Of a DNA stretch of 64,000 nucleotides, positions 28,201-35,388 are shown piece by piece. The notes beneath the pieces were generated by a model that saw only the letters and a program-made list of their open reading frames with translations, ran no database searches and had not been told where the DNA came from. A program made the translations under genes and the position numbers. How positions within the stretch are numbered: the stretch's first letter is position 1; every line of letters starts with the position of its first letter. This DNA is from Bacteroidota bacterium (GTDB lineage Bacteria > Bacteroidota > Bacteroidia > Chitinophagales > LD1), in contig JAFDYN010000008.1 in assembly GCA_018267385.1 (NCBI GenBank), positions 259,764 to 323,763 on the forward strand, in the 5' to 3' direction.

Positions 28201-28797
28201 ATCAACCCGATGGCCGTAGAGGCGTACAATGAGATGAAGGAGCGCTTTGACTTCATCGTAGCGCAGAAGAAAGACCTCGAGGACGCCAAGACCTCCCTCA
28301 TGGACACCATCAAGGAGATAGACGACTCGGCCAAGACACAGTTCCTTGACGCCTTCTACAAGGTGCGCGAGAGCTTCATCCGCGTCTTCCGCACCCTCTT
28401 CAGCGAGGAGGACCAGTGCGACCTCTTCCTCACCACGCCGGATGATCCGCTGGAGTCACGCATCGAGATCATAGCCAAGCCTAAGGGCAAGCGCCCGACG
28501 GTCATAGACCAGCTCAGCGGCGGCGAGAAGACCCTCACAGCCACCGCGCTGCTCTTCTCCCTCTACCTGCTCAAACCGGCACCGTTCTGTATCTTCGATG
28601 AGGTAGACGCCCCACTGGACGATACTAACATCGCCAAGTTCAACAAGATCATCCAGGAGTTCTCCAAAGACTCCCAGTTCATCATCGTGACCCACAATAA
28701 GCAAACCATGAGCTCCGTAGAAGCCATCTACGGCGTGACAATGGTGGAGCAGGGTGTGTCACGGGTAGTGCCGGTGAATTTTAGTAGTTTGAATTAA
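25258..28797 (+). CDS. smc: Chromosome segregation protein SMC
   Basis: MQLTTLEIKGFKSFA...GPNGCGKSN (Walker A), long coiled coils, a hinge, and the C-terminal LSGGEKTLTA...FCIFDEVDAPLDD (signature motif and Walker B). The ATG at 25258 is preferred over the tracked TTG at 25231. Confidence 0.93.
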   Translation: MQLTTLEIKGFKSFAEKTTIHFNNNITGIVGPNGCGKSNVVDSIRWVLGEQKTSMLRLEKMENLIFNGTRNRKPSALAEVSLTFENTKNLVSSDYKTITITRRLFRDGESEYRLNDVACRLKDITTLFMDTGVSPDSYAIIELGMVDEILNDRDQSRRKLFEQAAGVSKYKKRKKETVDKLKATDADLERVKDLLFEIEGQLKTLEKQAAKTKKFYELKDEYKNLSLILAKFSLQEYKQSFKDLEARRQTEDDRKLELETAIKTAEAALEKEKLDNVDKEQGLMEVQKKLNALVSGVSERENERNLLNSQLKFAHDKLDTAQKQIIDANDHVEKLKISIEKLDADNATEGAILESRKAELTVLEDALNEIRDHHNKIKESLSSEQKLYAEQERQIFELEKRLAVNRSSTEAFTRELGQSEQDTIAKRNELKELQQQLADYRAEQERSDVRLRTLIEEEETRKEQIAELEQSIEKTRAELTQETRTLDAKRNEYDLTKSLVENLEGFPESIKFLKKNAKWSQEAPLLSDILYTSEEYRVAIENYLEPYLNYYVVQNIEEAIMAVKLLSDSAMGRANFFIMDDIQKYEPKQTAAIDGAIPATQIVEFDAAYAKLSSFLLDGVYMIDDSAGFDPEKLNTNGQKVVLLTKTGKYIRRDFSLSGGAVGLFEGKKIGRAKNLEKLKEEIEKLERTTYTLHTKVSDALIKVNGLKAATQGKEIELQRSVLNQVNNRQSATEASIQSLEKFLESSDSKSKNIADRLQALTDEVDLINDQLATLRDAQADAKAALDQTDKEFVDFTNRLSEASAKFNAKNIEFHQQQNRVNTIVQELNFKNSQVESFTTQLTRNNDVIIESQMVIEESQAKLKEIESHLLEGYTNKEAIEKEVAETEKNYYASRGAINEIDANIRELARGRDSINVLIADIAEKFNELKLNLAGLRERLSVEFNVNVNDIINEDLDPKWNRDEIDQDHQKIKKRIEGFGEINPMAVEAYNEMKERFDFIVAQKKDLEDAKTSLMDTIKEIDDSAKTQFLDAFYKVRESFIRVFRTLFSEEDQCDLFLTTPDDPLESRIEIIAKPKGKRPTVIDQLSGGEKTLTATALLFSLYLLKPAPFCIFDEVDAPLDDTNIAKFNKIIQEFSKDSQFIIVTHNKQTMSSVEAIYGVTMVEQGVSRVVPVNFSSLN

Positions 28798-28847
28798 ACG
28801 GGATTACTACACAGAGGGCACGGAGCTTACACTGAGATATTTTAGAG

Positions 28848-28874
28848 AGCCAGTCTTGAGGACTGGCTTTTTTT
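28848..28874 (+). terminator. Rho-independent terminator after smc
   Basis: Stem agccagtc / gactggct with loop ttgag, followed by a T7 run. Confidence 0.75.
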
Positions 28875-29586
28875 ATTGGCAATATTCTTGTATCATGCCA
28901 TATGCTGCAGTGAAACCTAACTCACCTGCTTTACTTAAATCTGTGCAACCTAAATCTTTATAGTTTAATAGCAATTCAGCTCCGCCCCTGAGATAATACC
29001 CATAACTATTTTCACTTTCAAGGTTTATTAGTTTTGTGCAATCATCAATAGTTCCATTTAAATCTTTAAGGCGAAATTTTGCATAAGCTCTTTCTTTAAA
29101 AAGCTTTGGATAATTATGTTCATGTTGTGCAGCAATATTGAAATCACTTATAGCACCGCGATAATCGAAAAGTTTAGACTTGGATACTCCTCTATCATAA
29201 TATGTACGCCAATTAGAAGCATCTAAACTTATGCTCTTCGTGTAATCTTGAATGCTTTCAATATAATCGCCTAAAAATTGCCTACCATCTGCACGCCAAG
29301 AATAAAACGCGGGATCCGTCTTATGAAAGCGCTCTTGGTCAACAAGTATATTTACAGCTCCAGCAACTAGTTCAGCCGCCTTCTCCGTATCTCCATCACT
29401 AACAGTCATAATAACAAGAAGCGACAGATAAACCTTCTTCATAATAGTATCTGGAAGTTTAGTATTCTTATAATTATGAGCTGAATCTAAACTAAAGAAG
29501 CTTTTAGATGATTGACATTCTCCAAAATTAGTAAGGAGTAAGAAGCTGATAATAGATATGATTTTGTAAAAAGACATATTGCGCAA
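28873..29586 (-). CDS. Tetratricopeptide-repeat protein, secreted (within a low-GC islet)
   Basis: Signal peptide. TPR-like WRTYYDRGVSKSKLFDYRGAISDFNIAA and YYLRGGAELLL. C-terminal GC.DLSKAGELG motif. Confidence 0.65.
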   Translation of the reverse strand: MRNMSFYKIISIISFLLLTNFGECQSSKSFFSLDSAHNYKNTKLPDTIMKKVYLSLLVIMTVSDGDTEKAAELVAGAVNILVDQERFHKTDPAFYSWRADGRQFLGDYIESIQDYTKSISLDASNWRTYYDRGVSKSKLFDYRGAISDFNIAAQHEHNYPKLFKERAYAKFRLKDLNGTIDDCTKLINLESENSYGYYLRGGAELLLNYKDLGCTDLSKAGELGFTAAYGMIQEYCQ

Positions 29587-29646
29587 TTATAGGTTGTAAA
29601 ATTCTAAAAGCTCTTGTAGAAAGCTTTAATTGGGTCAACCTTTCGA

Positions 29647-29973
29647 TTAAAAGTTATTCCACCAATCTATTGTTCTATTTGCCTCTTCTTTAGTACCTGT
29701 CCAATAAAATACTAGCCGTTCACCTTCACTAAAATGAGGATCTAATTGTTTTTTTACTAGATAACTGTGACTCGTTGATAGATTTGTTGAAACCTGAACA
29801 AAATTCGTAAGTGTAAAATTCAATTTATGAAATAGACAATTGATATCACATTTACCCGATTCTGCAATTATTGCTAGAGCCTTTGCCATATTTCGATCAT
29901 AAGAAAGAAACGAACTGGCTTGCATTTCATATTCTTGTTCATGTGTATAGGGTGTAGGGTAGTAACCTGCCAT
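29647..29973 (-). CDS. Hypothetical small protein (within a low-GC islet)
   Basis: 108-codon ORF, co-oriented with the TPR gene and with the same low-GC composition. No family recognised. Confidence 0.5.
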   Translation of the reverse strand: MAGYYPTPYTHEQEYEMQASSFLSYDRNMAKALAIIAESGKCDINCLFHKLNFTLTNFVQVSTNLSTSHSYLVKKQLDPHFSEGERLVFYWTGTKEEANRTIDWWNNF

Positions 29974-30187
29974 AATTTGTGATTTGCTGCAAATTTACTA
30001 ACAATACTGGTAAAAACAAAAATAAATAGTACAGGCTCCCCACTGACTCGGAACTTAGTTCCGTGCCTAAGCTAGGCGTAAACCCTTCTACCATAGAGAC
30101 CAGCTGATTATCACCTTATCACTATATTCGTAATAAAGCTTCCGCTATGAACACATCAGCCCCAGCTCTCCGTAGTCAAAAATAAAA

Positions 30188-30240
30188 AAATGCTGTTCGT
30201 AGTCCGAAGGCGGGGATGTGGGTGTGCGACTACGAACCCT
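30188..30240 (+). repeat. REP-like palindromic element, copy 1
   Basis: aaatgctgttcgtagtccgaagg-[14 nt]-gcgactacgaaccctc. The 10-bp stem is gttcgtagtc (30195..30204) / gactacgaac (30228..30237). Confidence 0.85.
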
Positions 30241-30243
30241 CCC

Positions 30244-30296
30244 AAATGCTGTTCGTAGTCCGAAGGAAGGCCAGCGGTAGGCGACTACGAACCTTC
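30244..30296 (+). repeat. REP-like palindromic element, copy 2 (direct with copy 1)
   Basis: Arms identical to copy 1 (aaatgctgttcgtagtccgaagg ... gcgactacgaaccttc) with a different loop. Stem 30251..30260 / 30283..30292. Confidence 0.85.
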
Positions 30297-30334
30297 AATT
30301 GCACAACTACCCACCTTCTTACTACCTTAGCCCC

Positions 30335-30889
30335 ATGCCAGATGGAGGATATAAGATCAGAGATCAAAACGCAGTGCACTACGTCACATTCAGCGTAGTC
30401 GAGTGGGTAGATGTATTCAGCCGGGCAGACTATAGGCATATACTATTGGACCACATCAGAAAAAGCCAGCAGGATGGCGGTCTGTCCCTTCACGCATGGG
30501 TGCTGATGACCAACCACTTTCACAGCGTCATGTCTGCCAAAGAAGGATTTGCACTCAGCGATATACTCCGCGAGATTAAAAAATACTCCGCTATCAATAT
30601 CATCAAGGCAATACAAAAACATGACAAAGAAAGCAGGCAGACATGGATGCTGGACATCTTTTCCCAGGCTGGTAATGAAAATGTGAGAAATACTTCTAAC
30701 CAATTCTGGATACAGGACAATCATCCTAAGCACTGCTACAGTCGGGAGTTCACAGAGCAGAAGATAAACTATATCCATCTCAATCCTGTTCGGGCGGAGA
30801 TAGTCTCCCGCCCGGAGGATTATCTTTTTAGCAGCGCCATTGATTATACCGGCGCAAAGGGTCTATTAGACATAGAGTTTTTGTGGTGA
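30335..30889 (+). mobile_element. rayT: REP-associated tyrosine transposase (RayT, IS200/IS605-like Y1 HUH transposase)
   Basis: MPDGGYKIRDQNAVHYVTFSVVEWVDVFSR...LHAWVLMTNHFHSVM (HUH motif HFH) ...INYIHLNPVRAEIV (catalytic Tyr region). Start placed at M13 of the tracked ORF. Flanked by three REP hairpins. Confidence 0.85.
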
Positions 30890-30905
30890 GAGAAGGTTTT
30901 AATAG

Positions 30906-30958
30906 AAGGTTCGTAGTCGCATACCCTCACCCCCTCCTTCGGACTACGAACAGCATTT
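30906..30958 (-). repeat. REP-like palindromic element, copy 3 (inverted relative to copies 1 and 2)
   Basis: The reverse complement reads aaatgctgttcgtagtccgaagg-[14 nt]-gcgactacgaaccttc. Stem 30909..30918 / 30942..30951. Confidence 0.85.
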
Positions 30959-31029
30959 TTTGATGAGCGAAGCTCCCCACTATTCCAAGTTCTCCGCTAC
31001 TTCAAGCGTCCACGCTTGAACCGCACTAG

Positions 31030-31395
31030 CTACTCCCCGCTCACCTTCGCAGGTGCCGCACCGGCAGCTTCGCGCCGCTCAGGAGCCGTAGCCCTGCGCG
31101 CGCTACCCGCCTTGGTAGGATGCCGGCGGGGAGGTTTGACGCCTTTGGGATTTTTGCGCAGCCGTGTGGGGCCATTGTCCTCCTGACTGATAGTAGGATC
31201 AGGCTGCGTCACCGCGGCAGCACCGGGAGGCACACCATTACTGGGCGCATTGTTTGGGATATAGCCGGCAGGCATCGGCGTACTGGTACCACCGGATACG
31301 GGTGGCGCGCTCTCAGAGTGGCCGTCAGACTGCGCCATAGCAGCACCGCCCAGCAGTAGCGCGAGCGCGGTGATTAGCATTTTGATACGGGGCAT
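31030..31395 (-). CDS. Secreted Pro/Ala-rich, probably disordered hypothetical protein
   Basis: Signal peptide MPRIKMLITALALLLGGAAMAQ followed by low-complexity P/A/G/R-rich sequence. Confidence 0.5.
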   Translation of the reverse strand: MPRIKMLITALALLLGGAAMAQSDGHSESAPPVSGGTSTPMPAGYIPNNAPSNGVPPGAAAVTQPDPTISQEDNGPTRLRKNPKGVKPPRRHPTKAGSARRATAPERREAAGAAPAKVSGE

Positions 31396-31458
31396 AGTGC
31401 GTGTTTTAGATCACGCTACTGCAAAAGCAATGCCCATCCTCACGGAGAATCCGCTCAC

Positions 31459-32736
31459 TCAGCCCCCCACCACCTGAAAGTAGACCAGCGCCACTGCCGC
31501 CGCCGTCATCAGCAGCAGCGTAGCCACACCGGATACATTAGAGTATATCCCGTTGGTAAATTCTCCCATGATCTTGCGGTTATTGGAAATATGCAGGATG
31601 ATAGCTATGAGCACCGGTGCCGTGAGGCCATAGAGGATAGCAGAGTAGATCAGTGCCTTGACCGGAGAGATACCCAGATAGTTCATACACAGGCCCAGCA
31701 CCAGAGATACGATGATCACGATATAAAAGGCCCGCGCCTCGTGAAACTTCTTGTCCAGCCCGGCCTCCCACCCAAAGGTCTCAGACAGCACGTACGACAT
31801 AGATCCGCTCAATACCGGTATGGCCAGCAGCCCCGTACCTATCACCCCCACCGCAAAGAGCAGGTACGCAGACCGCCCCGCCAGCGGCTCCATAGCCTTG
31901 GCTGCCTGCTCCACCGTATCTATGCGGTGTATGCCGCCCTGGTAGAGCACTGTACCCGTAGCCAGTATGATAAAGAACATCACCAGGTTGGAGAAAAACA
32001 TCCCAAAGGTCACATCGCGCTGCACGCCGGTCATCACCGCCTTGTCCACCACCAGGCGCCGCTTGCGGTGCTTCATATCCTCCACCTCCATCGTAGCCTG
32101 CCAGAAGAAAAGGTACGGCGATATCGTAGTACCCAGTATAGCCACCAGTATGCTAAAGAAATCCTTGTCAAAGCGGATGGTAGGCACCACCGTAGACCGC
32201 ACTACCGCCAGCCAGTCCTGCCGGTAGAGGAAGGGCACCACCAGGTACACCAGCAGCCCGAGGCAGAGGTATTTCAATATAGCCGCCATGCGCGGATATG
32301 GCAGGTAGATGATCAGTCCCAGCAGCAGGATGGTAAAGGCCACACAAAAATAAAACGGCGGTATGGAGGGGAATAGCAGATTGCCCACGGCACCCATGCC
32401 TTCTATATCCGCGCCTATATTCATCACGATAGCCGGGAAGCTGAAGAGCAGCATGACATACATCACCGCCCGTGGGTAGTACGTCCTGAGCGTGCCTGAC
32501 AGGCCCTGAGACGTGACCAGGCCTATGCGCGCGCACATCTCCTGTATAGACGCCATGAGGGGAAAGGTGATCAGCGCTGTCCACAGCGTAGCGAGGCCGT
32601 ATGCCGCGCCTGCCTGAGAGTAGGTAGCGATACCTGACGGATCATCATCACTGGCACCGGTGATCAGGCCCGGCCCCATCAGCCGCCAGACCTTTATTAT
32701 CTTCTGATAAAATGATGCACTTCTTTTTTCTCTCAT
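31459..32736 (-). CDS. Nramp-family divalent metal (Mn/Fe) transporter
   Basis: GPGLITGASDDDPSGIATYSQAGA N-terminal motif and about 11 hydrophobic segments in 425 aa. Confidence 0.85.
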   Translation of the reverse strand: MREKRSASFYQKIIKVWRLMGPGLITGASDDDPSGIATYSQAGAAYGLATLWTALITFPLMASIQEMCARIGLVTSQGLSGTLRTYYPRAVMYVMLLFSFPAIVMNIGADIEGMGAVGNLLFPSIPPFYFCVAFTILLLGLIIYLPYPRMAAILKYLCLGLLVYLVVPFLYRQDWLAVVRSTVVPTIRFDKDFFSILVAILGTTISPYLFFWQATMEVEDMKHRKRRLVVDKAVMTGVQRDVTFGMFFSNLVMFFIILATGTVLYQGGIHRIDTVEQAAKAMEPLAGRSAYLLFAVGVIGTGLLAIPVLSGSMSYVLSETFGWEAGLDKKFHEARAFYIVIIVSLVLGLCMNYLGISPVKALIYSAILYGLTAPVLIAIILHISNNRKIMGEFTNGIYSNVSGVATLLLMTAAAVALVYFQVVGG

Positions 32737-32854
32737 CTGCCGGCGCCCTTACACGGAGCTATCTATGCTTCTATAAAATTTCATACCACAACCTCTGCCA
32801 CGCGATTACATCGCGTCATCACCATGCATAGCGTTTGCTACGCCACACCATACA

Positions 32855-33238
32855 CTAACCTCCCACCGGCGGCTCCCACAGCTCTATCTTATTGCCCTCT
32901 ATATCCAGTATGTGTAGGAACTTGCCATACTCCGAGTCTGACACTTCATCGAGTATCGTCACGCCCTCTTCTTTCAGCACAGCGGCCAGCGCCACGAGGT
33001 CAGCCACGCGGTAGTTCATCATATAGTCCTTGGCAGACGGCTCAAAGTATTTCGTATCCGCCTTGAATGGGGTCCACACCGTGCTCGGTGCCTCCGTATC
33101 CCCCTCGCGCTGCTCAAATGTGATCTGCCCGCCCCACTGATTAGACTCTATGCCCAGGTGCTTCTTGTACCACTCGCGTACCTTCTCCGGATCATTGCAT
33201 TTGAAGAAGATCCCGCCCAAGCCTGTTACTCGTTTCAT
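32855..33238 (-). CDS. VOC (glyoxalase/bleomycin-resistance) family protein
   Basis: GLGGIFFKCNDPEKVREWYKKHLGI ... KFLHILDIEGNKIELWEP. Paralogue of 53084..53590. Confidence 0.8.
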   Translation of the reverse strand: MKRVTGLGGIFFKCNDPEKVREWYKKHLGIESNQWGGQITFEQREGDTEAPSTVWTPFKADTKYFEPSAKDYMMNYRVADLVALAAVLKEEGVTILDEVSDSEYGKFLHILDIEGNKIELWEPPVGG

Positions 33239-33376
33239 GTATCTATGCGTTTAGTAAGACTAAGGTAGGAATGTTTGAAGGTTTCCCAAGCCTGTAAAAA
33301 GTAACCCTGATGCCCGACGGTAGCTCACTTCCGGAATTATATTTTAGAAAAAATTTTAAAATGAAAATATCTTTCG

Positions 33377-33384
33377 TATCTTTG
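33377..33384 (+). promoter_or_regulatory. Candidate Bacteroidota -7 promoter box (TAnnTTTG) for the RRM-protein gene
   Basis: tatctttg lies 78 nt upstream of the ATG in a 220-bp AT-rich spacer. I could not find a clear -33 TTG. Confidence 0.35.
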
Positions 33385-33461
33385 TGCTGTTGATATATAT
33401 CTCTCTGCACCTCTCGGGTTAGCTATCTCTCAATTATTTTTTACTTTTTTAATTTTTTACA

Positions 33462-33776
33462 ATGAACATTTACGTAGCTAACATTCCGTTTTCTGCAAGC
33501 GAAGATCAGCTCCATGATCTATTTTCTCAACATGGTCAGGTATCATCTGCCCGTATCATCACTGACAAGTTTACCTCACAGTCCCGTGGCTTTGGTTTCG
33601 TAGAGATCAATGACAACACGACCGCACAGGCCGCTATAGACGCGCTGAATGGTCACAACTTCATGGGCAAGACGCTCACCGTAAACGAAGCGCGCCCTAA
33701 GACCGAAAGCAATAGCTACGGCAATGGTGGCGGTGGCTACAAGAAGTCATACGGTGGCGGTGGAAATCGCTATTAA
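33462..33776 (+). CDS. RRM-type RNA-binding protein with a Gly-rich tail
   Basis: RNP2 IYVANI, RNP1 RGFGFVEI, and a C-terminal GNGGGGYKKSYGGGGNRY tail. Confidence 0.9.
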   Translation: MNIYVANIPFSASEDQLHDLFSQHGQVSSARIITDKFTSQSRGFGFVEINDNTTAQAAIDALNGHNFMGKTLTVNEARPKTESNSYGNGGGGYKKSYGGGGNRY

Positions 33777-33800
33777 TTGACACCGCATACGACCCTTATC

Positions 33801-33830
33801 GCCCTCGCCTCACAGCGAGGGCTTTTTTTT
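33801..33830 (+). terminator. Rho-independent terminator after the RRM gene
   Basis: gccctcgc-ctcaca-gcgagggc followed by T8. Confidence 0.8.
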
Positions 33831-34022
33831 GCCCGGGAGCGCGTGCAAAGTCATACTGACGCGCGGTTCCATCGCGTGGCACCTCTGCAGCGTCGTCAAA
33901 GACCCACGCAACAAATGAAAACCTAATTCCTATACGTCTCCGGCTCACTGCCGTGCGATTACATCGCTTGGCACCTCTGCATAGTGTTTGAACCGCTACA
34001 AGGCACATTTACCAGGCAACTC

Positions 34023-34898
34023 CTACCCCTTATACGTCTCCGGCGTCTCCACCTCCCACTCCAGATCTTCATCCAGATCGTCAAACTCTGCCAGCTCCGG
34101 ATCCTCCTCCCGCAGGCGACGCTCTATCTCACGCACATCAGAGATCCCCACCTCCATCTCCAGCTCCTCCGGCGTCAGCTCCATAGGATAGCGCTTCGTA
34201 CTTTTCGCTGACGCAGCAGGCGCTGCTACTTCATTTTGCGCTTTGGTTGTGACTTCATCTACACTGACCGCCTTCACATTTGAATCTTCTTCTTTAAAAT
34301 GCCTTTGAGAGTCACCGCCTGTTTGTATTAAGTCTTCTCCCTCGGAGAGCCTGTCCGTCGTAGTGGAGTTTTGGGAGTCACCGTCTGTTTGTATTAAAGC
34401 CCTCTCCTTTGGAGAGGGTTGGGAGAGGTCGGCTGTTTGCATTAAGCCTTCCCCTTCGGGGAAGTCCCGAACTGTCGCGAGGGAGTCACCCGCAGTTTGC
34501 ATTAAGCCCTCTCCTTTGGAGAGGGTTTGGGAGAGGTGCCTATCCGCCTCCGCCACATAACTTATATCCTCCTGCTGCGGCTCCCTGCCCCAGCCATAGT
34601 GATGCTGCAGCGTGAAGATACCCAGCCGCAGCGGTATCTTTCCATGCGCCGTATTGGTATATATCCGCGCCTCAAAGTGCTGCATCAGCATCTTCATCTC
34701 ATGGATGATCTCATAGTTGCGCGCCCATTTTTTGCGCCAGTAGCGCCAGATATCATCATAGTAGCCCGCGCGCGCCAGCGCCATGCCCAGGTAGAGCGTA
34801 TCATCCATCATGGCAAAGGTGTTGATCTTCTCCAGCGCCTTCATGGTCGCCTCGTAGGTCCATTTTTCCGCATAGCGGTTTCCGTTTTCAGCTGACAT
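34023..34898 (-). CDS. Hypothetical protein with three parts: an N-terminal region reminiscent of phage terminase small-subunit-type DNA-binding proteins, a central tandem-repeat region, and an acidic C-terminus
   Basis: N-terminus NGNRYAEKWTYEATMKALEKI ... GIFTLQHHYGWGRE resembles the GN.NA.KWT ... F.LKN..GW pattern of small terminase-like proteins (from memory). The centre is encoded by four hairpin repeat units. The last 7 codons come from another repeat. Confidence 0.5.
   Translation of the reverse strand: MSAENGNRYAEKWTYEATMKALEKINTFAMMDDTLYLGMALARAGYYDDIWRYWRKKWARNYEIIHEMKMLMQHFEARIYTNTAHGKIPLRLGIFTLQHHYGWGREPQQEDISYVAEADRHLSQTLSKGEGLMQTAGDSLATVRDFPEGEGLMQTADLSQPSPKERALIQTDGDSQNSTTTDRLSEGEDLIQTGGDSQRHFKEEDSNVKAVSVDEVTTKAQNEVAAPAASAKSTKRYPMELTPEELEMEVGISDVREIERRLREEDPELAEFDDLDEDLEWEVETPETYKG
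34307..34540. repeat. Four tandem ~55-66-bp units, each with a conserved head plus a hairpin, embedded in the ORF
   Basis: Heads: g(g/a)gagtcacc..gtttg(t/c)attaag. Hairpins: ttctcc-ctc-ggagag, ccctctcc-ttt-ggagaggg (twice), and cttcccc-ttc-ggggaag. Confidence 0.8.
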
Positions 34899-35388
34899 AG
34901 ATTCAGTTTTGATTTAAAAAAATGAAAAAATATTCTGTATTAAAGCCCTGAAAGGGCGACCCGCCCCCAGAGTAGGGCATCGCCCTACGACTACGACCAA
35001 GCATTGGCACCTGATCCCTTATCCATTTACCGATTTTGCGTTTCCGCGCTTTTACGGTTAAAACGTATTCCAACGCTTTTACATCCCCACTGCATCTCCG
35101 CGTCTTTGCCGTTAAAAGCTTTTGCTTTTCTGCGGTTTTGCTGTTAAACAACCATGTTACAAATAAAGCAAAAATAAGCCAAATTAGCAAATATAACTTT
35201 AAGCCTTTTATCCACCAAAGACTGCGCCATTCGTCGACTCACACATATAAATGATTATCAATACGTTAGATTCGGAACCCAAAACCCTCTATAGTCGGAA
35301 AACTTGCCCTCCGTTCACCTACATACATCGTCCGTACACCACATTTCCGTCTGTGATATGAGGTACTTTAAACCTAATAATCACACCT

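Noticed and set aside
30216-30439. Two ~60-70-aa ORFs (30216..30398 forward, 30230..30439 reverse), plus the first 12 codons of the tracked rayT ORF.
   Set aside because: They run through the REP hairpins. The RayT homology starts at MPDGGYKIRDQ (30335).
31591-32376. 261-aa forward ORF antisense to the Nramp transporter.
   Set aside because: The translation is an H/R/Q-rich nonsense-like sequence. It overlaps a transporter gene with clear family motifs on the other strand.
34903-35190. 95-aa reverse ORF in the spacer upstream of the third adhesin.
   Set aside because: It is read across tandem copies of the GCG...TTTGC.GTTAAA motif and the aagccctgaaagggcg element (peptides such as LTAKTRR and LTVKARKRK), so it is a repeat-derived pseudo-ORF.
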